Shown here piece after piece: positions 1-12,783 of a stretch of DNA of 64,000 nt. The notes beneath the pieces are model-generated. The model was given only the letters and a program-made list of their open reading frames with translations. It was not told where the DNA came from and searched no databases. Both the position numbers and the translations under genes were made by a program. Location of the stretch: contig JBHGNT010000017.1 of the NCBI GenBank assembly GCA_043228905.1, positions 8,618,001 to 8,682,000 of the forward strand, read 5' to 3'. This DNA comes from Azolla caroliniana (taxonomy: Eukaryota > Plantae > Polypodiophyta). The stretch's first letter is position 1. Every line of letters starts with the position of its first letter.

Positions 1-645
1 GCCAAATATGGTGACTATAAACATGCAAAACTGTCCTATGAACAAATGACAGAGAAAGGATTGAGACCCAACATTATAACCTTTATTTCTCTTCTCAGTG
101 CATGTGGACTGCAGGGCCTTGTTCAGGAAGGCTGTGCCACCTTTAACTTATTGATGGAGCATTCCCATATTATTCCCGAAAGTGATGTTTATAGTTGCAT
201 GGTCAATATTTTGGGCCGTGCAGGATTCCTTCTTGAAGCTGAAGATTTAGTTCAGACAATGCCATACCAACCTAACATGATAACATGGATGTGCTTGTTG
301 GGACAGTGTAGAATGCATGGCAATGTGGAGATGGGAGGTGAAAGCTTTGAGCATGTCGTTGTCAATGCTGACGGCGATTACAGACATGCATCTGGCTATG
401 CACTCATGGTGGACATGTATGCGAGGGCAGGAATGCAACAAGATCAAGAGGGGATGCAACACCTCAGGATTTCTGCCAATGCATGGAAGAGGCCAGCTGG
501 AGCTCGCATCGTGCTTGCAGGAGATGCACATGACTTTATTGTAGGAGATGAGGCACATCCACAACGTACTAAGATCTATGCAGAGCTCAAGAGGCTTCAG
601 GTTCGTGTGAGAAAGAGTGGGTATGTATGCATGTATGTACCCTGA
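1..645 (+). CDS. PLS-class pentatricopeptide repeat (PPR) protein, C-terminal part (last PPR motifs, E1/E2, KP-type PG box, truncated DYW); 5' end lies outside the window
   Basis: Frame 1 is open from base 1 (AKYGDYKHAK...). Motifs: PNIITFISLLSAC, YSCMVNILGRAGFLLEAEDL, MPYQPNMITWMCLLGQCRMHGN, ANAWKRPAGARI..HDFIVGDEAHPQ..IYAELKRL..GYV. Stop at 643-645. Confidence 0.93.
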   Translation, partial: AKYGDYKHAKLSYEQMTEKGLRPNIITFISLLSACGLQGLVQEGCATFNLLMEHSHIIPESDVYSCMVNILGRAGFLLEAEDLVQTMPYQPNMITWMCLLGQCRMHGNVEMGGESFEHVVVNADGDYRHASGYALMVDMYARAGMQQDQEGMQHLRISANAWKRPAGARIVLAGDAHDFIVGDEAHPQRTKIYAELKRLQVRVRKSGYVCMYVP

Positions 646-834
646 ATGATATACGTGCATATAGTATTCACACTGATAGTATCATCCAGAACAAACAAGC
701 AAACATCACTGTGAAGACCAGAGAAATGTGTCATGACTGCTGATTGTCAAAGAGTGTTCCATTTATTCATGATCACAATCAGGTCAAGTTGGAATTAAGC
801 TGCCAAACATGCATAACATATCTATCCTTGTTAG

Positions 835-1030
835 GTGATATGATGGGATACAGTTAGGAACCATATGTAAAAGAATTTGATCTTTTCCAAATGCTGACTT
901 TGTGGTGCTTGCATTTTGAAAGCTCGTGGAAAGGCAAAAGTTGTTTCAATGCCGGAGCAGACACATGTGCTGATTGATAAGCAAGGGTATTAAAAAAATA
1001 TATGATGCTGGCCCAAATTCTGATGGGTTT
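835..1030 (+). pseudogene. Decayed PPR (P/L motif) fragment
   Basis: Manual translation gives MMGYS*EPYVKEFDLFQM, then after a frameshift CILKARGKAKVVSMPEQTHVLIDKQGY*KN. This resembles the PLS L motif (ILKAC..GxQIHxxIxKxGY), with stops. Confidence 0.55.
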
Positions 1031-1806
1031 GAGTGAGATCGTTTGAATACTTCTTCCTAATGTGGAATTTTTGATACCTCATCCATTTGATAGTCCAATA
1101 TTTTGATAGCCTGAGTTTTTCAGGTTTTCACTGTCAAGCCTCAACAAACAGCAAGTGAAATGCCGATATTTTCTGGTTCCTACCAAAGAGGAGTTTGAGA
1201 GAGAAAATATTGGAGCAGGAAAAGCAAATGGAAGGGAAAAATCATGTGACGAAACTGTAGAATACGAGTTTTGATTCTAAAATACGAGATGAAAGTTTGG
1301 GAGTCCTGGTTAGTTTTCTTTGGCGAAGGAGTCTGGGAGAGGACATGCAAGGATGGCGTGCATCAGCAGTGTACATGTATTGACAGAAAAGTTGAAAGAA
1401 CTTTGTCTTTCTATATGTAAAAAGATAGAGGAGACAAGGACAAGGCCAGCAAGAGTATTAGGAGAACACATAGCTCTCTTCACTTTATGGCTATAAAGAA
1501 TTCCATGGGTTGGGAAACAATTGAAAGATGGCCCCATTGAATGGAACAGAGAGGGGGGGTGTGGTAGCTGGTACCTATTAAAATTATAGGATGCTAGTAG
1601 AGCTGCTATGTTGATATTGACAGAGACCAAATAGATGGTGATAATAAACTTGCAAAAAAATGACACACTTGGAACTTCAAGTTGGAAGCATTATTCAGCT
1701 TTACACTCCTTGGTAATTATCCTGTTTTAGATTTGTATTCCAGTCTCTCCAGCTTGTTTTTCTGTCTCATATGAACAGGAGCAGTGTGAACTGCTGCATT
1801 TATCAT

Positions 1807-3448
1807 ATAAGTGATCCCCAAGGTTGGTAAAATTTCCAATGTGTTTATTTTATTTTTGTCCGTATGCACGCATACTGTAATTTAATGCACAGGACTGCAC
1901 AGCTTTTTATTCAATCGTATGAATTAGCTTCTCCAACAAAGGGATCATGGCACAGCTTGTCTGAATACTTGGTCAGAAATGTTTCCGTTAAAAAATTGAT
2001 CCTTCTCACAGTCAATACACACCATCTTAGAGTGTTGCACAGTAGACATCTCCTTTTTGGATCATATAGATTTCAGAATCCTTGCTAAAGGTTGCTTAAC
2101 AGAAATCAATCTAATCTTTACCATTGATTGTATCAATCAGGAAAAGTTTTGAGAATGATATATTTTCTCAAAAAGATCACACTGGCCTGTGGGACCTGAG
2201 AAGGATTTCAACTGTTTATGCTAACCCGTCAATGCAATTGACAAACCAAAAATATCTTTCAAAGCTGGCTTACATAAACTAAATTGGAAGTGTAAATGCT
2301 GACCTCTTAAAATATCCATCATGAGGTGATCCAACATGGAAAAATTGCTGGGATGAGGATGTTGTCTATGATGACTTATGATGTTTCTTGTGGTGTTATT
2401 CACATCAGAGTTCCAGATGGTGTCAGCAGCATCCCTGACAAAGACAAATGGCTATAGTTATTGTTTCTCTGTGAGCTGTGAATCCATTTGGCAGGGTGCT
2501 TGCTTGTACACCGTTGGGGCAGTCCCTAATAGTATCTGTGCTGTGTAAGTGGATGAATATTTGATCTCTTACTCGATTCTCTCGCTATGACTAACTATCT
2601 CTAGAAGGGATCTCTCTAACGATCTTTGATAATTGTACTCCATTATTATTTGTAGAGGTCCAAATCCTTTAACCAAGGAACAAGTTCCTTTACTCTCATA
2701 GTAGACTCAACAATGATATGTGAGACCTACAAAATGTCTTTAGTCAAGCAAGTAGTGGTTTCTTGGAGATCAACCACCAGGCTTGATTTCTAGGAACAAG
2801 TAGTTGATCAACCCAATGGCTATCTTCAAAAAGTGTATGACCTTTTTGAACAACATAAAATATTGTGCTGAGTTGTTACATTTTAGCAAAGATTGTCATG
2901 CTCTCAAGCATTGACTATCAATGTGTAAAATAGAATAAATGAGGTAATACCTTGATAGATTCACATAATCCAATGTTGCAACAAAGTGTATGGAACATGA
3001 CAATAATCCGTACAATAGGTTTAAGCAGCCTAGAAGTTACTTGCACATGGATTAGTTTCAAATTTTCATTTTCCATCCCCACAGGAAATTATCTTTCAGT
3101 GGCATCGTTGGGGACTCATCTTTAAAACACCAGCCTTACTAGCTATTGCATATTTGTTTTGGGAAGTATTTTGACCTGTCTTTGTACATTTTCTTAAAGG
3201 GGACATTTATCTCACATATATTGCTGGGTTCTTGCTTTTTCCATCTCGTTTTACTTCTTCATATGGAGAATATGAAGTATGAATTATTTCATTTATAATT
3301 TTATAAGTAGGCCCCAAGGTTGGTAAATTTTCAATGCTATGTGCTTATTTATTGTCTGTCAGTCAGTATGCTTTGGATGCATGCATGCTGTAATTTAATT
3401 CATGGGACTCATTCACATCTCTTTGTTTGATCATAGGAATTAACTTTG
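1807..3448 (+). repeat. Diverged direct repeat pair (~1807-1930 and ~3303-3448)
   Basis: Both copies share ataagt..ccccaaggttggtaaa.ttt.caatg...ctgtaatttaat.ca..ggact...gaatta.ctt. Confidence 0.75.
2690..2920 (+). pseudogene. Possible second decayed PPR fragment
   Basis: Manual translation gives DLQNVFS / KQVVVSW...NGYLQKVYDLFEQ...VVTF, resembling an S-to-P motif junction. Several stops. Confidence 0.4.
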
Positions 3449-3645
3449 GCAGCAGCAGCAGCCAGCACACTGGTGGGTCATTGGTGGCAATAATGGACAA
3501 CTTACGAACGAATCAGTGGTGGTGGTTGAGCAGCATATTGGTGAGTTGGCAGCTGTGGAAGCCACTGGACAACAACCAAGCTGTTTTGGTGCAGGCTTTG
3601 GCAACTAGGCTGCTCATGATCCATGCAGTGCCATTGCAGGGAGGG

Positions 3646-3844
3646 GCAACAACTGACTAAGCAGGTCGATGTCAGGAGTGGTAAGGGTAAGTTTGTTTGG
3701 GTTAGGGGGTTAAATAATCTCTAAGGTCATCACAGAGCCAGGTCGCAACGACTGACTAAGCAGGTCGATGTCAGGAGTGGTAAGGGTAAGTTTGTTTGGG
3801 TTAGGGGGTTAAATAATCTCTAAGGTCATCACAGAGCCAGGTCG
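3646..3844 (+). repeat. 99-bp near-perfect tandem duplication (2 copies)
   Basis: actgactaagcaggtcgatgtcagg...cacagagccaggtcg starts at 3652 and again at 3751. Confidence 0.95.
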
Positions 3845-5199
3845 TAGTTGAAGAGGGTGCATATAGTGTGGTAAGGTCACAATCAATGGCATAAGAGGGG
3901 TTGAACTGGTAGAACCAGTCCTGTGGCGAATAAAAGGTTAGTGGAGTGATGGGAGTAGGTTTTAGTGCTGGTCGCCTCAGACTCCAAGTTATCCACAAGG
4001 TCCTCTTTCTTACCCACATTATTGACATTGATTGGAGCTTTGGACTTTTTTTTTTTGGGGTTTGAGTATATGGTGAGGGTTGTAGTGTCATAATTATCGT
4101 CGGTTCAATCAAGGGTGAGTGATGATAATGATGATCTATTGTTGGCCAGTTTCTCAATCATGTCTTGTAGAAGCATCCCAGGTATGGGTTGCATGTGAGC
4201 ACTTTTGCGTGATCTTGGTAGAGGTAAGATCAATACGGGGTATAGTCCACTGGTAGGCTTGCTGCCCTTTCATCTTTGTGCTGCTGGTTGAGCAATAAAT
4301 CATTGTTGCCAGATAGAGGACGTTCTCATTGCACATATTGTGGGACCTATGAACCTCGTTGTCCCACATAATTACGCTCTTGGTCATCGTCATAGGAGTT
4401 CCTTGTATAGGTGCAACACACATGGATATTGTCACACTTGTAGTGGGTCAACCTCCTTGCCCTTTTCGTAATCACTCTCTTGGTTGTGCACATTGAAGTC
4501 ACTCATGTAGGCATGGAACGGGTAAATGTCTTGACGAATGTAGTCCTCAGTATTGGTCATGTAATGGGGTTGACTCTCCTCATTGTCCCACTTGTAATCG
4601 CATTCTTGGTCATGCTCATTGGATTCATTGGTGTAGGCATTATTGTGTGAGGGGCGTCAAATGACATTGTAGGTAGGGTACTTCTCTCGATAATATGTCC
4701 ACTTAGTGTGTTGATTATGCTAAGGTATGCCAATTGAATTCTTCTCTTACTTAGTGGTTATATCTAGGCTTACATCTAAAATCTCTAAGTTTGAATAACT
4801 ATTTGTATTTATTGTGCGTAAATAATTGTTATTTTTTGACATTTATGTTGAATGAGAAACACATACCCATTGATGTTCCCTCAACACAACATGGTTTTGT
4901 TGCACAATGTGCTTGCTTGGTGCAACATGAATATGCTTTGTGGTACTCTTACTCACTTTGGCTGGGCTTGTTGTAATACCAACATTTTTGTTTCTTTTGC
5001 CTTTTGCCTTTTTTCTTTACTTCTTTGTTATTGAAACTCCCCCTTCTTGTGGAGTTATGTGTTTTGCCAATGCTAGTCTTCGTTGGACCTTTCACTCACT
5101 AATCTGCTCTTTTGTTTCTCAACTGCAACCCACCATTTGAGTGAGTAGGGAATTTGGCGTTCAGAGGTTGCTCGCTTCAATCTGCCATGGGTTTCTTCT

Positions 5200-6745
5200 C
5201 CTAGTAAAACATTGAGTCAAGTTCAAAGAATGATGGTAGGGTTCCTCGGTGATGCTAGTGGTTCTCAAACTAAATCATGGGCAAAAGTTATCAAGGTATA
5301 TATCCATCATTCCGTTCTCATTGATGTGCACACAATTAAGGCAAAAGAATCTCACAAGGGCTTAACTTTATAGTGTAGTTATTGTTTAGGTATCCTTTTG
5401 CTGAAGTTTGTGAGCAGTTGTGTTCACGGTGAAGATATTTGTTAGGTTTTTTTGTTTTTCCTTTGGTATATTTATGTCCCAAACATAGCCAAGTGTTGTC
5501 GCGAAGTATTTAGTCCACGACTAGAAAAAACTGTTTTGACTTGAAGATGGCTTATCTCTATAGGTGCAAATTTTTGAAACTCCAATGTGTGATACAAGCA
5601 TTGGATATTGAATTTGTATGATACATCCATAATGAAAGATCGATAGACAAAATTTAGAAGGTTTTACATGCCATGTGGCAATATTTGTGGCAACATGTGA
5701 GTTACAATATGGTAAATTCTATAGTATTAGTATGTATAATATGAGTAGCCTAATGGGGATCCTCCACAAGAAAGGGGATGTGCTAATTCATTACAAATGG
5801 AGGTTTTGGCGATATCAAGGTTGTTGACATGGGAAGGTTAATTGAATGGCTAGATTGGGTTTGGTAACAATCAAGGATGTTATGTTGGTGACATCGAAGA
5901 TTAATGGCCTTTCGAACATCAAGATCAACATTTCGTATTCCAAAAGGTTATAGCTTTATTTGGGATAAGTTGTAAGAATTGCTATCTTCGCATGAGTCAA
6001 TTCTTGATTTAGATGGGAGATCACAAGAGCTTGATTGGATGTTTGTTGGAAATAGGAGATTGACTATAATCTCAACAAATGTTGCCTATCACAAGTTGAT
6101 TGACAAACATAAATGGATGGAAGAAAGGGTTATAAAGATATGGGATTTTTGTATATTACCTAGTGGTTTCATGTTATCAAGGTAAGTTAATGTTCTCGAT
6201 TGATGCTAGGAGCTAAGGTATTCATCTGGAGAGGTATGGTTGGAGGAGCTTTACCATTGGAAGATGCATTAAGAAAAAAGAAACATTGTTAGAGGATTGT
6301 GTTTCTTTTGTTCGGTGGATTTGGAACATAGTAGGCATCAATTTCTTTCATGCCTGATGGCTAGAGTGATTTGGAGGTGTATCAATTTAGTATGGATGTC
6401 TCTAATTTGAGTAAGCCTATCTTCCTTTAGTTGAGTTTTTGCACATATGGAAAAAAATGAACCAATGCCTCATTTCCAAATTATTTTCAAGTTCTTGAGG
6501 TCTTGGGGGCTATGGTTCAATTAGAATATGCGGAAAATATGTTGTAAAGTTAAAAGGACTTCTTTTGTTGTGATTGACAAAGCTAGAGAAGTCATGAAAT
6601 CTTAACCATGAAGAAAGAGAACTCCACAAAGTCACATATCATCATATTCTCCATTTCAATTGGTGTGTAGGATGGCATTGAGTAATGGTGGTGTTTTTTT
6701 CTTTTATAATTAAAGCCATTATTTACAAAGAGAGAGAGAGAGAGT
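5200..6745 (+). mobile_element. Degenerate, internally deleted L1-type LINE remnant
   Basis: zf-RVT-like LPLEDAL..IVRGLCFFCSVDLEHSRHQFLSCLMARVIWR at ~6250-6380, GGFG motif at ~5800, IYVPN (endonuclease-like) at ~5470. Ends in an A-rich/(GA)n tract. The 5' boundary is uncertain. Confidence 0.7.
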
Positions 6746-7967
6746 CGTTGTTGGCTTTACAAGTTTTTGAGAGTAAGTTTAAGGCATCGACAACAAAAAG
6801 AACTTCGACATTGTAGTGAATGATGAGGATGTATGGGAGGCTTGTGACAACCAAGGTATCCAAGTCGTCGAATATAGACTTACCACGCCAAATAAGAATG
6901 TCCCAAAATCATTATATTTTATTCATTCTCCCTTATGTAATCAAGATCATTTGTCATATAATTTTGCTATTATTTGATCTACTTGTACCTACAAAGTTAC
7001 AACCGATTTCCTTAATCTATTACCCACCATATAAATTGTATGTGTTAAGAATTTAATCATGTTGAATGTAAGTGAAAATTGTTTCACACCTTGTTTTGTA
7101 CATCCCTCCAAACACTTCAAAGAATTTGGTCAACAAAGCACTAGCAAAGTGTACAATTAGATTATGATTGACACCTATGTGCTAACTTAAATTATATTTG
7201 TGTAAATGTGAATTGACGTCGAAATGAGTAGGGAAAGTGGCATTGTTCACAATCTTGTTGCGAAGAAAGTACATGAGAAATAACTTGTCAACTTGAGTAG
7301 GTTTCTATATAATGAGTGTTATGGGAATTTATGTTGATTGGGCACAAGATGAAGGTTCTTGGATGAGCCATTTGTTCAAATGAAAACCATGCAAGCAAAC
7401 TATTTGATTGAGCGTCATAGACATTTGAGTTGCCTATGTTGCTTAAAAGAACTTGTTCAAGAAGGGCTCTAATTGAATGGGTTCTTTGTTTGAGTAGCAC
7501 GGCTCCTTGAGGGAGTGTCACTTGTGACACAATGGAGCATCAAGTGTAATTGGTTGATATCCAACTTGCAACCTACCCACTTTGAAACACGGAGGCCACA
7601 CTACTCACTTCAACCCTCCACTCATTGAAACATTCACAATTAACCACCCCACATCTTGTAAAACAATCTTCCCTAAACATCCTTGCCATAGTAACACTAT
7701 TCTTGCCTTATGGAGTGGAAATGTGGGAGGCACTATCATTATTTCATTACTAACATGAGTATGAACTCTGATAGAGAGTTCACATTTCTTTCTTAATCAT
7801 AAGCTTGTATCAAAGTTGCATTATGGCATCCGAACTAGTCAAATATTAGGGCATGTAAGGTATGCAAGGAATGGTTGGTAGAGGATGAATATTACTTACT
7901 TTTTACTAGCTTAACGTATAATGGAATTTGTGAAAGCTATGATGATATATTTAGAGGGGGTGATGAT

Positions 7968-8098
7968 TGTAAGGTACATATGCGCGGAAACGTATGTGTG
8001 AGGATCTATCGTAGTGTTTGGCAAACAACACAAAAGGAAGACAAGAGAACAGACAGAAGATATATGCGGTTTAAGCTTTAATGGAAGCTTTGTTATTA

Positions 8099-8143
<45 letters not shown>

Positions 8144-11100
8144 AGACATTGTACAGAATGATCAAGCCGAGAGAGCTTCTTACAATGTTAGGTTATTGCT
8201 TATATACTAAGCCTTAACTATAGGTTGGGTCGGGTCGCCACCATTGCATACATGATACTTCCTACGGTAGATGCGTAGGGCATCTTTCCATTAAGCTCTC
8301 TTTCCTTGTCTGTTGAAGGAAAGTCTATGTCTGATAGTCTGATCGACATCAGAAGCGGTGTTGGTGTTTGCTTCGCATTCTCCATGTTGAAGCGCTTCAG
8401 CACCTTTGAGATGTAGTCGGATTGGGAGAGTCGGAGAGTATTGGTCATCCGATTTTGCTCGATCCTCATCCCAGTATGTGACGGGCTTGTCCGAGTTCCT
8501 TCATCGCAAACTTGTCGTGAAGGCTCCGCTTAAGCTTTCCGATTTCTACTTGATTGCTTCCTGCAATCAGCATGTCGTCGACATATAGGATCAGATAAAT
8601 CCCAGACTCATTGGCCAGTTGCTGAATGTACATACATGGGTCGGAGTCTGATCGGCGGTATCCAAGTTGCCTAATGTGCGAGTCGAACTTCTGGTACCAC
8701 ATCCTCGAAGCTTGTTTCAAGCCATAGAGACTTTTCTTCAGTCAACATACAAGGTGAATTTCCTCCCCCGTCGTCGTGAAGCTTGCCAGTTGAGACATGT
8801 AAATGTCTTCTTCCAGATCTCCATGTAGGAATGTTGTCTTTACGTCCATCTGCTCGAGCTCTAGATCTTCTATCGCCACAACTCCTCGTAAGAGTGTGAG
8901 GGTGGTCATCTTGCCTACTGGTGAGAATATCTCGTCGTAGTCGACCCCATGTTCTTGTTTGAACCCTTTCGCGACAAGCCGAGCTTTGTACTTGGGTTTC
9001 TCTGAGTCAGATACATATTTGTATCGGAAAACCCATTTGCAAGGTAGTGGCTTTCTTCCAACTGGTTGTTCGACCAACTCCCATGTCTGATTCTTGTGAA
9101 TCGAGTTCATTTCGGATTTCATGGCATTTAACCATGTATCGACGTCCATTGCGGCCATAGCTTCTTCATAACTGCTTGGTTTGCTTGCATCGGTGTAGTT
9201 GACGAGGAATTGACGTAGTCGAGGCCCGGTTGAAAAAACTTTGTTGGCCTTCAAGCTCGTCCAGATCTCTTGGGTTGCAAGATAAGTGGTTCGGATTCTT
9301 CGATCGGCTTTGCTGGTCAATCAATATTTGTTGAACCATTTGTGTCAGGAGTCTTGTGGTGGTATCACGTTGTCCTCCCCTATGGACTTTGTTGACTCAG
9401 TTTTGTTTCCTACTCGCAGCTGTGGTGTGTCCGTGACTGCAGCCTGTTGACGTTGCCTTTTTCGACTCTTGTCGAATCGGCTCTGTCTTTGATGGCTTTG
9501 TCTTCGAGTTTGATTAGTGGACTTCCTACCGATTCAGAGTTGTCGGCTTGGTCGAGTTCGACTGTTTGTCAAATCTCTGAGTCGGTCCGATGGGTCGGTC
9601 CTTTGGCGACATATCTGTTGTCTTTGAAGGATACCTTTTTACCAACTATTTTTTGTTGGCTCCGCTAAGAGAAGATAGAGTCTTCATTGAAGACTACGTT
9701 ACTGCTCCGGATTAGTTTCCGATTCTCAGGGTCCCATAGCCGGTAGCCAAAGTTCCCATCGGTTCCATAACCGAGAAATATGCATTTCATCACATGGGGT
9801 GCCAACTTGGTCCTTTTCTCCCCAGGGATAAACGCATAGGCTTTGCATCCGAATATACGGAGCCTATCGTAGGTTGGTTGTTTGCCTAACCATAGTACCT
9901 GTGGCACTTCGAGCCTAATTGCTTTCGACGGCGACATATTTATCAGGTATACTACCATCTACATTGCCATCACCCTCTCCTGGATTGTTTGATGCATATT
10001 CTGCATGGCTGTGTAAGGAACTGTCCTTTGATGTCGGATCCCTTTGTCGGCCATGTACTATTTGAAGGCTCTAGAGGTATATTCTCCTCCATTGTCGGAT
10101 CTGAGTGTCTTCACTCTTTATCCCGACCAGTTCTCCACTTCAGATGTCCACCGAATGAAGACCTCGAGCACTTCGTATTTGGACCTAATGGAGTAGGCCT
10201 AGACCTTCTGTGTACAGTCGTCTACAAAGGTGATGAAGTACCGAGAGCCTCCTAGTGATCGCTCTGGCATGGGCCCACATATATCTATGTGCACAAGCTC
10301 TAGGGGTTGTCGTACCATCTCATAGTGGAGAGCGTCCGGACTTCGGGTATGTTTCCCATATCGACAATGCTCGCAGAAGTCTGTCTTCGCTTGGAGTTTC
10401 GGGATGTAGCCGACCACCATCAACCGATCAAGTCCGGCTTGAGACTATGGCCAGTCCGCCATGCCATAGGTTTGGGTCAGTCTTTTCGGCTACGTTCACG
10501 ACCCCTTCTGGATTGATCGCCATCATTGGGTACAAGTTATTGTACTTGTGCCCGCCTCCTATCTTCGGGTTTCCTCGGTTGATCATCCATACCGACTCAC
10601 TTAGAGTCGTTTTGTACCCATCTCCGGCTGGAATGCCGATGGAGAACAGACTATTTTTTAGATCAGGTACGTGTCGGACTTGGTGCAAGGTGATCATGTT
10701 GCCATTGGGCAATCGGATGGGAACTTCTCTTATCCCTGCTGAATAGTTCGAAAACCATTCAATGTTGGGGGTCACATGGAATGTGGCACTGGAATCCAGT
10801 AACCACGTGTATGCATCTTGTGCACTATAGAGGACTCCTCCGATCACCGAATTCTCTAAGGAGATAATTTCTCCTTATCATGTGTCGGCAACGTTATTTT
10901 GATTTCCAGCTGGAGAGTGGTCTGAGTCGGGTCATCCTCGATTCCGCTCGGATCGCCGACCACTCTCTTTCCTCTTGATCGACTAGCAGTTAGAAACATT
11001 GTGGCTAGCTTTTCTGCAGTGGGTGCAGAATTCACCTGATTGGCTTGTTCTCGACTTTGATCGATGTCGGTCTCCCCTCGTTTTTTATCGGTTGGTATTC

Positions 11101-12087
11101 TGATCGGTTATGTCGGCTTATTCTCTTGTTCGACTCTGTCGGTCGAATGACTCAGTCAAGTTATGGGCTTTTGCCGATTCATCAATGGTAAGTCCCATCG
11201 ATTTTCGCCGAATGTCCTCGATGAGGACTTGGCCAATCGTTTCATCCTGATTTAGGATTGGTCAGCTATTGGCGTACATTGTGTAGAATACCTCCCAACT
11301 CGCCGGCAAGCTCGATAGGAGGGCAATGGCTTTCACTTCTTCTTCGAAGTTGATCCCTTGTGAGGAGAGTTCTGACAACACCCAGCTGAAGGTGTTGATA
11401 TGGGAGGTGGTCGGATCGGTCTCTCTCATCTTCATATCGAACAGTTGTTTGATCAAAATCAGTTTTGAAGATGAGGACTTCTTTTCGTACATGGCTTGTA
11501 GCTTCTCCCACAATGAGAATGTTGTCGTCTCTTTTGCCATGTTGAAGTAGACATTTTCAGCCATCTGCATTTGGATGGTGGAGCGTGCGATTTCGTTTGT
11601 AGATCTCCACTCTTCGGTTATCATCGAGGTAGGTTTTTCATTGTGTTGAATGGCCTCGACTTGTCTTCTGATGATCAACACGTCCTACATCATCTCCTTC
11701 CATAGGGCAAAGTTTTTGTCATCGAATTTTCTGATTTCAACTCTTGTTCCGGATGTTGAAGCCATGTTCTTCTTTGAAAGTAAGATTTTACTGACCTGGT
11801 CTTTTTCCTTTCAGCTTTTCCTGTTGTCTGTTGCCGCCGAGCCATGGATCGCTCTAATACTAGTTGAAAGGTAGATATGCGCAGAAATGAATGTGTGAGG
11901 ATCTGTCGTAGTGTTCGGCAAACAACGCAGAAGGAATACAAGAGAACAAACAAAAGATATATGCGGTTTAAGCTTTAATAGAAGCTTTGTTATTACGTTC
12001 TCTCTCTCTCTCTTAGAGACACTGTACAAGAATGATCAAGCCGAGAGAGCTACAATGTTAGGTTATCACTTATATACTAAGCCAACA
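7968..12087 (-). mobile_element. Ty1/copia LTR retrotransposon, degenerate, RNase H deleted (element A)
   Basis: Similar LTRs at 7968-~8215 and 11865-12087 (TG...CA). Degenerate tRNA-iMet PBS gctctaatacta at 11851-11862. Order gag (11262-11765), protease WLLDSSATFH, integrase ELVHIDICGP, RT YKARLVAKGF / LYVDDML. Confidence 0.95.
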
Positions 12088-12729
12088 ATTTGGACAAGTT
12101 CACACTAGGATACAAAGTGGAAGGAGTCAGCCTTTTATGTCAACAATGATTTGATTACAACACAAAAGAGCACATCTAGGAGATTGAGCTTTTATTTGTA
12201 TGCCTTATCCACACACCAAGACTTTGTGCTTCAAAGTATGTATATCCCTTTGTAGGGATCAATTTTGGCTTCTCTATGTACGTCAAAAAATATCTAGTTG
12301 AATCCCCTATACTTTCTAAAGATCATTATACCTAAAGCCCTTGCCCTAGGCTAAATTTTATTTCCCCAAAATACCCTTCCCCTATACTTCCCTAAAGTTC
12401 TCTATTCCCCCTTTATGTTTAGGCACACTCATAAATACTCAAGACATATATACACATACAAATATCCATGCACGTTTATTCAACACATTCAAGTAGAAAG
12501 ACACACGCACATACGCAATCACATATGCATGAACATATACCAACACCCATATACGTTTATATACACACAATTGTCGTTAGGATCACATTATTGTGATAGG
12601 TTCTCATATGCATAATAGCATGTATAGTGATGATGCATCATGTTTCGGATTGCAATCTTCTGCTTTCGTGTTCTCAGTATGCCTCTCTGATGGCATAAGA
12701 AATTTCTGGTGTAAGTAGGATACATACAT

Positions 12730-12736
<7 letters not shown>

Positions 12737-12780
<44 letters not shown>
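12737..12780. repeat. (TA)n microsatellite
   Basis: About 22 TA units seen directly. Confidence 0.95.

Positions 12781-12783
<3 letters not shown>

Noticed and set aside
6800-7960. Possible decayed coding sequence on the minus strand
   Set aside because: No motif could be recognised with confidence.
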